From positions 1 through 64,000 of IMG/VR virus record IMGVR_UViG_3300036828_000667: 64,000 nt of DNA. One strand, given 5' to 3'. A program made the position numbers and the translations under genes. Shown piece by piece: positions 41,272-51,397 of the stretch. The notes below the pieces were generated by a model. It did not search any database. It had not been told where the DNA came from and worked only from the letters and a program-made list of their open reading frames with translations. The first letter of the stretch is position 1; each line of letters opens with the position of its first letter. Source of the DNA: a virus.

Positions 41272-42384
41272 TCATGGCGTCGAATAGGTCCAGGTGTTGA
41301 TCAGCAACGGCGAAATCCCAGAGATGCCGGTCGCCGCTACAATACCGACCCAAGCCATGGAACCGCCAACGGCCGTTGGAATATCGATACCGGTCCAGGT
41401 ATGCGTGTAACAAGTCTCTCCGGGACAGACACCGTCGGCCGTTACATCATACATGCTGAGCGTCAGCTTGCTACCATCGTAAACGGTCGTCGCCGAGTAG
41501 ACATGCCCAGTCGTGGTGTTTTGCTTATTGCTTGGCGAATTAAGGGCCACTGGACTTGTAGAAAGCTTGTCGACACCGACATAATGATAGTTGGTGCCAC
41601 CCTCACCAGGAATACACGGCGACTGTCCCGGTGCGACATTGCCGGGCGGTTGGGTGTCGGTGCGATAAATCTGCACCGACGAATAAACGAAATCCCAGGA
41701 ACTTGCGACCAGTGGGCTGTAACTATCAAGCTCAAGAGCAAATACACGATCCGGCGGCTCCGGCTGGCTCCAGCCCTGGAAAAATCCAGCCTCGCAACCT
41801 GCACCACCCGAAAAGTGCTTGCCGTTGAAACCCGCAGGATTGTTGGTCGAATTTTGCACGACGAACGCCACATTCTGGCCGTTCGGCACAAAAGTAAACG
41901 TAGATTTGAAGGCTCTCGCGTCTACCTGCGTTTGATAGATCAGACTGGCCCCAATATGCGATAGATTGGCAGGGATCAAATTAACCTGATTGCCCGACAA
42001 TCCCATGCCGTTGGAACCGCTTGCCCAGAATTTCTGCTCGCCACCGGCACTGGGAAATTGCACCCCGCACGAGCCGGACGAAGAGAAGCCAGCCGAGCAG
42101 TCGAATGCAACGACACCCGTGGGTGGCTCGATTGGTTCGATCGGCGGCCGTTCCGGTCGGACACACGGTACTGCTGCAACGTCTACCATGCACAACTGGA
42201 GCTTCTTACCGCCGACTGCAGCATCGGAAGGACACGGCACGGCCGTACCGCCGGTAATGCAAATATTGATGGTCTGGGCATGTGCTGGCCACAACCAAAG
42301 CATTCCGCATATCGCTAACAAGACAACAAAGATGAAAAAGCTCAAAAGACGTTTTTCTTTCTGCAGATTCATGGCAATCCCCAT
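41272..42384 (-). CDS. secreted legume-lectin-like (ConA fold) protein, GC-rich
   Basis: signal peptide; F.STFTF, AFVVQN, FALELDSY, AWVG..AATG. Confidence 0.7.
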   Translation of the reverse strand: MGIAMNLQKEKRLLSFFIFVVLLAICGMLWLWPAHAQTINICITGGTAVPCPSDAAVGGKKLQLCMVDVAAVPCVRPERPPIEPIEPPTGVVAFDCSAGFSSSGSCGVQFPSAGGEQKFWASGSNGMGLSGNQVNLIPANLSHIGASLIYQTQVDARAFKSTFTFVPNGQNVAFVVQNSTNNPAGFNGKHFSGGAGCEAGFFQGWSQPEPPDRVFALELDSYSPLVASSWDFVYSSVQIYRTDTQPPGNVAPGQSPCIPGEGGTNYHYVGVDKLSTSPVALNSPSNKQNTTTGHVYSATTVYDGSKLTLSMYDVTADGVCPGETCYTHTWTGIDIPTAVGGSMAWVGIVAATGISGISPLLINTWTYSTP

Positions 42385-42397
42385 TCGATTCCTTCAA

Positions 42398-42422
42398 CCA
42401 GTGCACAGCGCAGCATACCGCA
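42398..42422 (+). ncRNA. truncated pentamer element E7 (3' part)
   Basis: CCAGT GCACA GCGCA GCATA CCGCA CTTTTTATATCAC; same 3' flank as E4. Confidence 0.65.
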
Positions 42423-42461
42423 CTTTTTATATCACCTAGAGAACACTACTATCATTCAGAA

Positions 42462-42659
42462 CTATCCAACAACCCACGCCGTACCATTGAAAAACACAGG
42501 CACAACCACGGCACCTCCACCAGTAAGAACCGCACCAAATGCTGGTGTTGTGGCATCCGTCACGAAGGCTCGATCACCGGGTTGGAGATTGGTAGTCGGT
42601 ATAGCCTGCAACGCCGCAACCGTATACCGCTTTTCACCGCCAAGGATGTTGGTCGCCAT
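42462..42659 (-). CDS. small fibre-like virion protein
   Basis: G.RAFVTDAT...GGGA.VVPVFFNGTAW.VG. Confidence 0.7.
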   Translation of the reverse strand: MATNILGGEKRYTVAALQAIPTTNLQPGDRAFVTDATTPAFGAVLTGGGAVVVPVFFNGTAWVVG

Positions 42660-42711
42660 GGAGAACTCCTTTCATTTGACCTTTGAAGACTACTGTTTAA
42701 CTCTTTTTCTT

Positions 42712-43386
42712 TTATTCAAACCTAGCAAAGGAACCAGCTATACGATCAGCAGCTTCAGCATATGCCTTAGCCGCATCCTCAGGCTTATCGAAACAACCCA
42801 AGTGAATTGTTTTACCTGCGTGTCCAATACAAGCTCTCCATTTATCCTTATGACGCCAGACACCCTTAAAACCACTTGTGTTATTCTTCTGCTTTGAACG
42901 ATTATACTTATTCTGTATATCGGTTGCTGAACGGAGATTGTCCCATATATTATTAGCCCTATTTAAATCCTTATGATCAATCTCATCTTCTGGCCAGCTT
43001 CCTGTCATCCAAAGCCATATAATACGATGCACACGATAACTCTGTCCACAAATCTCAACTTGTATATACCCATCGCTGCAAAGACCACCTGCCTTGTCTC
43101 CAGCCATAGCATTACTTGATCGTCCAACTTTCCATGTAAGACAACCAGTCATTGGATCATAGTCAAATAATTGTCTGACTAACTCAAATGTCATACTTTC
43201 TTCAGGCATCTCCACGTCGTTAATAATACAGGAAAGCTCAGTCATGGTTCCAAACTTCCTAGTTTTACTATATAGTCTTATAACCCATGTTTTTAGATAG
43301 GTAAGCGTAGCTGACCTGTCATCAAAGCTGACCTGGACCCCGGCAGACCCCATCTGGCACCCTCCCGGAGCCCTCAGACTGGACAA
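42712..43386 (-). CDS. HNH-AP2 endonuclease (true start probably near 43200-43250)
   Basis: paralogue of 38568-39077. Confidence 0.82.
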   Translation of the reverse strand: MSSLRAPGGCQMGSAGVQVSFDDRSATLTYLKTWVIRLYSKTRKFGTMTELSCIINDVEMPEESMTFELVRQLFDYDPMTGCLTWKVGRSSNAMAGDKAGGLCSDGYIQVEICGQSYRVHRIIWLWMTGSWPEDEIDHKDLNRANNIWDNLRSATDIQNKYNRSKQKNNTSGFKGVWRHKDKWRACIGHAGKTIHLGCFDKPEDAAKAYAEAADRIAGSFARFE

Positions 43387-44010
43387 AGACTATAAAATAA
43401 AGTTACTTTACAACAGACAGCAAGATAGAAATCTCAACCAGAGTTTCTGATTGAGATCCCTCACATCAACTTTCTCACAGTCTCTGCAAGTTTCTCTCGT
43501 GGTACCGAAGCCAACTGCCGGAATATATCATCGACAGGAACCTTCTTCGCCATGGCAATCTCGTTGGAAATTTCGCTGATATGGGCCAAATATTCATAAT
43601 GCGACATCGTAGTAGTCTCCCTTAGTGTAAGGCCATGCATGGTCGATAGGAAACCCAGGAAGGTCTCCCTTGTTGCCAACTTCATGGTCCGTACGAGGTA
43701 GCTCACCCACGGTCTCCATTCACGACCTTTTACAAAAAAGGTCTTTGCAGTGGTCAATCGATCAATCGAGCCACTGGCTATTCTCTTTGCTGTCCCACGT
43801 CGTTCTTTTCTTTGTCTGTCTGTCACTCTACTTATCGATTGGCAAGACGCCAAACCTGAGTCTTGTAGGCAAACCGGTCAACACTCATGACCCTTCAAAG
43901 GCGTGAACCTTCTCTTTAGGTCCCACCTTCAGGTCCTCCCTAGGTCCGGCCTAGATCCCTCCTTACAACACATTGCACATCTCCGACAACCATGAAAACA
44001 ACAAAAAGTT

Positions 44011-44223
44011 TCAATTTTCCTCGACAGCCTCTCGGATGGCAAACTGTAGAGCTTCGATCGTAGGAATGATCTCCATTAGCTCCTCCAGGTTTGTATCAAC
44101 CAAGTCTTCATGCTGTCCGTCTTCAATCAATCTATAAGAAGTAGTCAAGGTACGTCTGAAAGAAGCGAACCTCTTGCATGTCTCAATATGGTTTTCAGCC
44201 AGTTCTATAGTTAGTTGTTTCAT
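44011..44223 (-). CDS. hypothetical protein
   Basis: last gene of the main minus block. Confidence 0.55.
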   Translation of the reverse strand: MKQLTIELAENHIETCKRFASFRRTLTTSYRLIEDGQHEDLVDTNLEELMEIIPTIEALQFAIREAVEEN

Positions 44224-44309
44224 GTAGTAGGTTTTCCTGTTGTGCTAGTTTAACTGAGATAAGGGCGGTAGGTCCCCTCGATCCCTCCCCAGCCCAGCCC
44301 CTCCCGGCA

Positions 44310-44379
44310 TTGTCAAGCCTGTACTGTGTATAACATGTGAAATTTGGCATTTGCAAGGCTTTGGGAACCATGCTACGGT
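44310..44379. promoter_or_regulatory. divergent sigma70-like promoters at the strand switch
   Basis: TTGACA on minus near 44311-44316; TTGCAA-N17-TACGGT on plus 44351-44379. Confidence 0.45.
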
Positions 44380-45203
44380 ATGTACCTGAAAATCGAGGTC
44401 AGACTTCCTCTGAGAAGCCTGAGTTATTACTATTGCCAAAGACCATAAGTCAAAACTACTACCAATTAACTATAGGAGATTTGCCGGTACAATTGTCCCA
44501 CCAAATCCGAATACAACTCAGAGGTGTAATTGCTTGTAATTGCTATCCTAGCCTGGGAGAGCGGTAGGGAGCCCTGTGGTTAATCCGACTCGCACCCCTA
44601 CCCTTGTCAGGCTGGTCACTGAAATCATCACCAGCGGCCTTCCCTGGAGCTTGACGGAGGGATCGAAATGAAACCGATGTGGTGTAGCTACTGCGGCTCT
44701 AAGAACCATACCTATCGGCTATGCCCATTATAGCATGTCCAAAGACCCATATCAGTACTGCTAACCGTGATCCAGACCATTATGTGAAGGATAAATCCTA
44801 ATGAACCATATGAGAAACTTTAGCACCGTTATCGATAATGGAAAAGTCCTATACATCTGGGGTAGTTCCAGGATAGTAGGATGGCTTCTGACCAACATCA
44901 TCGTAGCAATAATAGCATGGTTTGGAGTAGCTTGGATTACATAAGACAGCTGCGAAGGGGGAGGGGGTTATGGCTTATCAGTCCATCGAAAAGTGCATTC
45001 TAGACTGTTCTGATTTAGTCAAAAGAGGCATCACGATCCACCAGAAGTGGACGTGTCACGAGCCCTAATACAATTCACTACTCAGGACGATGTGAAAAGT
45101 GTAAGAAAGCGAGTCGTATCAAGGAATGCGGCTATATAACAAGTCGAACTCTGGTAGCTGATATATCCTTGGAAAAGATCAGAATTAAAGTTATCAAATA
45201 AAG

Positions 45204-45467
45204 ATGGACCGGGGAATGAAGATGGCGATGGCGAATAAAGAAGATGATGAAGAAATCAGATATGTCATCGAGCCACACAATGTCAGACCTAAACAGAAAG
45301 TCGTTACGGTCTATTGTGGTAACGAACTGATATGTTCGTTCTATATGCACTCATATGAGAATAGACAGTTCTGTGTATTTATGTCAAAGTATCTAGGCGA
45401 GGTTTACACTGATCTAAAGAATCCAATGGCACCAGGGCTTATCATTGAACTTTCCCAAAAGAAATGA
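45204..45467 (+). CDS. hypothetical protein
   Basis: 87 aa. Confidence 0.55.
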   Translation: MDRGMKMAMANKEDDEEIRYVIEPHNVRPKQKVVTVYCGNELICSFYMHSYENRQFCVFMSKYLGEVYTDLKNPMAPGLIIELSQKK

Positions 45468-45497
45468 CACTCAGATTCGAAAGGTCAATAGATAAAG

Positions 45498-45557
45498 TAT
45501 GGTGTGGTATGCTGCGGTGTGGTTCGAGGGGCCGCGGGCTGGTTTGGTTAGGGTTGC
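45498..45557 (-). ncRNA. pentamer element E8, 12 units
   Basis: NNN-GG/GC register on plus; tandem with E9. Confidence 0.8.
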
Positions 45558-45578
45558 AGAACACAGTATGAACTAAAG

Positions 45579-45633
45579 TATGGTGCGGTATGCTGAGGAT
45601 TGCGATGGTCTGCGCTGGGTCGCTGTGCTAGGC
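45579..45633 (-). ncRNA. pentamer element E9, 11 units
   Basis: TTGACT(-) 45663-45668 N17 TATGGC; ends GCATA CCGCA CCATA. Confidence 0.82.
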
Positions 45634-45674
45634 AGACAAGCCATACCAAACGGTGGATTCGGAGTCAAGGGAGA

Positions 45675-45962
45675 ATGACGATGATAATAGAGCTTCCTGT
45701 CACGATCGTTTGGGACTGGGAAGGCAACCGTTCCCTCGGTAAACATCGCAGGCTACGTCGGACATTCACAGTACGCATGAGCACCCAGGATGATGCTGGA
45801 CCACTAACTTATTGCACCGAATACCCACCTAGAGAGAATTCAAGATGGCAAGTCGACCATGGTGTACTATCGACATTGCTAAGCAATGAAGCTAATAGTG
45901 AAATATGCATGCGTGCGGTAGATGATCCAGAAGGCTATGAACCACAGTATCTAAAGGAGTAG
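45675..45962 (+). CDS. hypothetical protein
   Basis: ATG after GGGAGA. Confidence 0.55.
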   Translation: MTMIIELPVTIVWDWEGNRSLGKHRRLRRTFTVRMSTQDDAGPLTYCTEYPPRENSRWQVDHGVLSTLLSNEANSEICMRAVDDPEGYEPQYLKE

Positions 45963-46367
45963 TCAATGGGAACACGTAAGTCACCTAGTCGATTTGATGT
46001 GGATCTGTCAAAGTTGGACGAGGACGAACCTTTTTTTATACTCAGGGGCAATGACGAGTTGGCCGCAGAACTCGTTAGGGATGAATCACGATAAAGTTCT
46101 CGCGGCCTATCAATGTGCCGAAGACATGAGGAGGTGGAACAAGAGAAAGACACCAGACTAAACCTATTAATTTTTGGAGGGGAGAATGATTACTAGGAAA
46201 GAAGTGATTAAAAGACTACAGGATCAATTACAGTGGAGGTCCCACACCGGGAGATTGATGGGGCAAGTAATGGTACCAAGAGAGCATGCTGAGTTTATAA
46301 TAGAAAACTTGATCCATCTGACAGAGCTACATCCCAACGAGAAAACATTCTAAAATGGAGAGAACCA

Positions 46368-46877
46368 ATGCAAGCTACCTTCCACCAGTTCATCGATAAA
46401 ATCAGAGTCGAAACACTCCGAACGTTCAACGAAAATGGAAGTATACACCCAACATGGTTTTTACAAGAAGAGGATGGCCAGATCCTACTTGTGGCCACAC
46501 CATATACAGATGATCTGACAAAAGACATGGTAGACTTCGCCATTAGAGAAGCCATCAGAATTAAGCATATCCAACGCTACGCGTATATTTCAGAAGTTTG
46601 GATGGCATTTCAAAAAGATTTGACTTCACTAGAAGACTACAAGGGACTAAGACCAAGCCAAAGACCTGATCGGAAAGAAGCATTGATGTTTATAGCAGAA
46701 GACATTTCAGGAGACTATATAATGTCGTACTCTGATATCTACAGAGACTCCAAAACTGACCTTGCTATGATTGCTGAGATCAAGATAGACGGAAAAGAGG
46801 TAGACCCAGATACTCTTAAAGGACGTTTTGTAAAAATGTTCAAAGGAAGGAAGAAGCCCTCAGGCTCGCCACACTAG
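46368..46877 (+). CDS. conserved phage protein
   Basis: SEVWM..RPSQRPDRKEAL motif. Confidence 0.7.
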   Translation: MQATFHQFIDKIRVETLRTFNENGSIHPTWFLQEEDGQILLVATPYTDDLTKDMVDFAIREAIRIKHIQRYAYISEVWMAFQKDLTSLEDYKGLRPSQRPDRKEALMFIAEDISGDYIMSYSDIYRDSKTDLAMIAEIKIDGKEVDPDTLKGRFVKMFKGRKKPSGSPH

Positions 46878-47188
46878 CTAGATCAGCGCTAGAAGGTTAC
46901 TGCCGAGAGCTATAGTGAAAAGGCTTCACCTAATCTTCGTCCTCACAGGTTTCAGGAGTACATAGGTAGCACTCTGTCCGTCGGTGGTGAATAAACCAGC
47001 ACCTTCCGCAGTACCACTTACCGTCGTCCCCCTTCATGGGTTGAGGCTTCTCGCAGTCCCGCGGACAGTGGTAGTGATCAGCTTTCATACTCACCGCTCC
47101 GCAGAGTTCGTCTTTGACCATAATTTAGGACAGCTTTCTCCGAAGAGGACCATCCTTCCTTACCCCATATCTCCATTAAGTACAAAAG

Positions 47189-47268
47189 TATGGTGCGGTG
47201 TGCAGCGGTTAGGCATGGGATGGGCGGGCTGGCGACGGCGAGGCACGGGTTGCATTGGTGTGGGTTGG
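47189..47268 (-). ncRNA. pentamer element E10, 16 units
   Basis: follows hairpin 47281-47317; ends GCACA CCGCA CCATA CTTTT. Confidence 0.85.
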
Positions 47269-47325
47269 TAGGATAGAGGACAAAGGACCAGAAGATTAGA
47301 TATCCTCTGATCCTTTGAACAGATG

Positions 47326-47390
47326 TGCGGTTTGGTATGCTGTGGGCCGGCACGGCTGGGGGTGGCGCGGGAAGGCTTGGCATGGCTTGC
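47326..47390 (-). ncRNA. pentamer element E11, 13 units
   Basis: TTGACT(-) 47421-47426 N17 TAGTCT. Confidence 0.88.
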
Positions 47391-47433
47391 ACCAAAAAGA
47401 CTACTACCAAACTTACCGCTAGTCAACCACTAT

Positions 47434-47847
47434 TTACCTGATACGCTGCACTAAGCAACCTTCCGATTTTGCCTGCCACGTCCCACACCACTGGCCAGCT
47501 TCAACAGGTCGCAAGATCCACTTTCGTGAATATTCCCAGATCGGAACGACCTTTTTTTCCATGACCTTCTGGCCGTTCTCGTCTAAGACGAGTTTGTTCT
47601 TTTCACCCCGCTTAGACCGTGAGATTTCCTGTGTCCCGACTTGCGTGGCAAATTTCATTTTGACCGCGGACACAGCTGAACCCAAAGTTTTCATGGGATC
47701 GGGCATCTTCTCGGTCTTAGCTGCGAAGAAGCTCTGTCCGACGCCCAATTTATCAAGAGGATATTTGGCGACCCCATTACGGTTACCACGTTTCGACTTC
47801 GGCATTTCCACCGCGTCGATGATTTCAAACGTCACTTGCTCTTCCAT
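47434..47847 (-). CDS. putative DNA-binding phage protein (contains E10 and E11 matches)
   Basis: KYPLDKLGVGQSFF motif. Confidence 0.75.
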   Translation of the reverse strand: MEEQVTFEIIDAVEMPKSKRGNRNGVAKYPLDKLGVGQSFFAAKTEKMPDPMKTLGSAVSAVKMKFATQVGTQEISRSKRGEKNKLVLDENGQKVMEKKVVPIWEYSRKWILRPVEAGQWCGTWQAKSEGCLVQRIR

Positions 47848-48227
47848 TCTGTTCTCCGTCTTTTGTGAGACGGCTCTTGACCGTCCTCTGTCACCATTTT
47901 ATCTCGTCACGATCCCATTGGGACCGATTACACTCTACAAAAATAGGGTGCTCCATAGCCCTTGTCAATAGCCTAGACACTACAGGCCATTGGCTACAAA
48001 GTGCCTTGGCAGGCGTGATCTAGGCCTACTCATATCTTAAAAGCCACTAGACCAGAACATTTTAATTCCACTGGGGAGAGCCGCATTGGCCTTTTTTCCG
48101 ATGGCCCAGGCCAAGGCTCCCATGCTGCACTGCACAAAACGATTTCGAATCAACCTGCCGTCTTGACCCCCGGACCACACGGTCTACACTACCCCAAGTC
48201 GTTCCCTCTCGCAGATCGGTTGAAAAA

Positions 48228-48479
48228 ATGACGAACAACCGGAATGACTTCGTTGACCGTGTCATGCGCATGACTTGTGGTGAAATAGAGGACTATGCCA
48301 GCCAACATAACATGACTCTAGAAAGTTTCTTGGATATGGTTTGCGACTGTATAGTAGACATGATGGACCAAGAGGTTTCAGAGCTAGCTGATAAATACGG
48401 TATTGACTCCACTAAAATGGCAGATAGCATCAAAAATATCATAGAAAAGTACCTAGCTCATAGCAGCACTAAACACTAG
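48228..48479 (+). CDS. hypothetical protein
   Basis: upstream TTGACC..TACACT. Confidence 0.55.
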   Translation: MTNNRNDFVDRVMRMTCGEIEDYASQHNMTLESFLDMVCDCIVDMMDQEVSELADKYGIDSTKMADSIKNIIEKYLAHSSTKH

Positions 48480-48622
48480 TCCACCTCGACCGGTTTCACA
48501 TTTCTTAACAATGTCGAGTTCCATACACAAAACAGTTGATTGTAACAAGGGGCAAGTCTAAGATCAGAAAACTGCCTGTACAGTATAAAATCTGAATCAC
48601 CTAAATAAAGAGGGCCACAAAG

Positions 48623-49387
48623 ATGTCGGACCTTGCCCCAAAGCCAGCCGTTTATCCTCAACGAGAACCCATGGAAGACGAAATATCGGGGATTGGACTT
48701 ATCCTCGATGAAGCGATTACTTTCAAGAAGGTCCAGGATGACTTGGTAAGACTTCTGTCATCAGAATGCCCAGACGCAGGCATCTGTGCTATTCTGGACA
48801 TTTCCCAGGAACTTCTCGACAAGTTCAAGGTCAAGGTCAAAAGGAAGATCCGAAAGGTCAACGTCGACTTGGGGCTCTCCGTTAGCTCCGAGAGCAACGA
48901 AAGATCATTCTGGGAATTCGTAAAAGAGACAACTGGGGATATAGACTTACTGGGATGGCCCAGCTACTATAGTTGTATGGGCTGTGTAAGGAAAGAAGCG
49001 AACTCGATAGTCCACTCAGTAGACAAATCATTCCATCGGACCAGGGAAAGCCATGCTGGTGGAAGAGGCATCTTTTTCCAACACCCAGACCTGATCACTC
49101 TGTTAAGACTGAACTTCAGAAGAAAATACCATAGCGATATAGTCAAGTATGTAATAGACAATCAACTGAACGTATTCAAGATAACATGTAAGGAAGTTGA
49201 TAGAACCACCTTATTACCACCAGATCGGGTAAAAGGTGAACCTGTATTGATCAGAAGGATTAGGTTTATTCAGGTACAGGTTTTAGAAAACCTTTTCAGT
49301 GTTATAGTCGAAGCTCGTATGCATGCCAACCAAGTCGAACGGGATAGGCTATTGGAGATCACACCTGAAAACGTGTTTATCCTATAG
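48623..49387 (+). CDS. hypothetical protein
   Basis: 254 aa. Confidence 0.65.
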   Translation: MSDLAPKPAVYPQREPMEDEISGIGLILDEAITFKKVQDDLVRLLSSECPDAGICAILDISQELLDKFKVKVKRKIRKVNVDLGLSVSSESNERSFWEFVKETTGDIDLLGWPSYYSCMGCVRKEANSIVHSVDKSFHRTRESHAGGRGIFFQHPDLITLLRLNFRRKYHSDIVKYVIDNQLNVFKITCKEVDRTTLLPPDRVKGEPVLIRRIRFIQVQVLENLFSVIVEARMHANQVERDRLLEITPENVFIL

Positions 49388-49433
49388 TTTATGCCGACTG
49401 ATATCCCTAAAGGATTGATGTCGGTTCGGAAGG

Positions 49434-49805
49434 TTGGACTTGCGCCTAGGATGGAGAATACCCAGGAGGATTGGCAAGATCCTTGGTTACCTGGAAGGGT
49501 TCAAATCCCTACATCCCTTGCCCTTAAGAAAGTTCAACCTTCCACCAAAAATAGGGGAAAGACCTTTGAAGAAAGAAAAGAAGGAGAAGGAGAACAAGGC
49601 ATATACTATAGCCGACGAACTATCCAATTGGCTAACTAAAAACAAAGTAGATATAGGTGATGCTATCGATGCCATGGCTAGGTTAATAGGATTGGCTGTA
49701 GGTGTCAGCGTAGACTATGAGGAAATAGAAACCATACTACAGAATATCTACAAGGAAAGTCTCAAAGCGGCGTACTTTTCGTATAAAAAGAATCAAGCTA
49801 ACTAG
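49434..49805 (+). CDS. hypothetical protein (start probably internal; contains E12 match)
   Basis: helical C-terminal half looks coding. Confidence 0.6.
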   Translation: MDLRLGWRIPRRIGKILGYLEGFKSLHPLPLRKFNLPPKIGERPLKKEKKEKENKAYTIADELSNWLTKNKVDIGDAIDAMARLIGLAVGVSVDYEEIETILQNIYKESLKAAYFSYKKNQAN

Positions 49806-49913
49806 ACCAGTATAACAATGGGAGGCTACAATGAAAAAAAGTGTAAGTGGGGCTGGTGACTTACCACCAGCCCCTTTGGACTACGCTGTCTCTTATTCTC
49901 AGGGACTAAATTG

Positions 49914-49978
49914 TGCGGTTTGGCCTGCAGCGGAGCGGATAGGCTAGGTTCGGATAGGCAAGGAAAGGCGTGGTATGA
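49914..49978 (-). ncRNA. pentamer element E12, 12-13 units
   Basis: TTGACA(-) 50011-50016; ends CCAAA CCGCA. Confidence 0.85.
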
Positions 49979-50027
49979 ACAATCACTCCCTTAGCCTAGC
50001 TCACAAAAGCTGTCAAGGTTCTTTTCG

Positions 50028-50552
50028 ATGTACTTACCACCTTGGGTGAAGGTCGACATGATTGCACTGAAAAATAGAAAACGGTTATCACAGTTGGTCA
50101 GGATGCTAAGTTCTGGCCATCAAGGTGAAGCAATGGCAGCCAGAGACGCTGTTCAAAAAATCTGTTCTTTTAACGATCTAGCAGATTTGATCGAGAGTGG
50201 TAGTGATTTTAAAAAAGCAGAATTGCAGTTCGTGTACGACTCAGGACATGAGGATGGATTCAAAAAAGGTTTTGAAAAAGGGCTTCAAGAAGGAAAACTC
50301 GGTAGTAATAGCTCACGTCCTCCTCCCAGTTCTCATAAGAAGGGCGACATTTTCTTCGACATTGGCGATAAACCTGACATAATTAAAGAAAAGATACAAT
50401 TTTGTCAAAAGCATAAAGATAGACTCAGAAAAGATAGGGAAAAAGAATTCATCGCCAATATAGTTAATTGGACCACGGTTTTAAATAGACCTCTAACTCC
50501 AGGTCAAGAGAACTGGCTAAACGATATATACGCCAGACTAGGGGGTAAATAA
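50028..50552 (+). CDS. conserved phage hypothetical protein
   Basis: RMLSS.H.GE..AA; REKEFI; LTPGQENWL.DIY. Confidence 0.7.
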   Translation: MYLPPWVKVDMIALKNRKRLSQLVRMLSSGHQGEAMAARDAVQKICSFNDLADLIESGSDFKKAELQFVYDSGHEDGFKKGFEKGLQEGKLGSNSSRPPPSSHKKGDIFFDIGDKPDIIKEKIQFCQKHKDRLRKDREKEFIANIVNWTTVLNRPLTPGQENWLNDIYARLGGK

Positions 50553-50735
50553 TATGAAAACAATTACTACAAATGACGCACTTGATCTCACTCGTAAAAG
50601 AGCCTACGAGCTAATAGAAGAACACACACTTTCAATACCTTACAGTGAGCTTATACCCACAGAACAACTAGTAAGTCGTGTACTCATGGAACTAGTAGCT
50701 AAGTACTTAAAACAGGAACTGGGGAGGACTCCTAA

Positions 50736-51068
50736 ATGAAGCTAGAGAAAGTCATATCAGAAGCCGTCGAGAACATCCTTACCAATAACTTCGAAATTAT
50801 TGATAAGCAAATAGTCAGACTTGTAGAGAACGAAGTGATGAAGGCCCTAGAACAACTTCTTAAGGATAGGATAAGAACTAAGGTAATAGAGATCATCGAA
50901 GAACATAGCCAAAGGATCATTGAGAGGTCCCAAGAAATACTTCTAGTATACGAAGGTGGGGATTCTGATCTCAAAGAGGTAAATAACGTAGCCGAAAAAC
51001 ATCTAGACCAAGTTGAGGCTGATATGAGAAATAAAGTACAAAGAAAAAAGGGAACTACAGAGGAGTGA
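50736..51068 (+). CDS. coiled-coil hypothetical protein
   Basis: GGAGG RBS. Confidence 0.6.
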   Translation: MKLEKVISEAVENILTNNFEIIDKQIVRLVENEVMKALEQLLKDRIRTKVIEIIEEHSQRIIERSQEILLVYEGGDSDLKEVNNVAEKHLDQVEADMRNKVQRKKGTTEE

Positions 51069-51397
51069 CCCATGCCTATGGGACCTGACGACCATCTGGT
51101 TGAAACAATCAAGAACGTCCTCTGGAAAGATGAAGAATTACTGGATAGGGCTATTCATAAGATAATAGAAAAGAGAATACATTTCATACTAGAACAGCAC
51201 ATAAACAATGGTTTGTCATCTAGACATATTTCAGAAGTTCTAGATGAATACATAACTTACCATATCAAAAGAATTCTCAGTTCGACTTTGGAACTGGAGG
51301 GAAAGGAGTAGTGGTTCACGATTTGGTCTTTTTGCCATTATTTAAACAGTAGGGAGGTCTAGATGTTGGCCGGCCCCTTTGGTAGAGTAGAGGCGAT

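Noticed and set aside
41245-42439. Several overlapping ORFs over the lectin-like gene
   Set aside because: Shadow frames of GC-rich DNA
44272-44308. C-rich tract resembling an element
   Set aside because: Short, no CCGCA/CCACA end, and the nearby promoter points along the other strand
48106-48140. Three CC/GC-led pentamers
   Set aside because: Register is lost after three units and there is no conserved end
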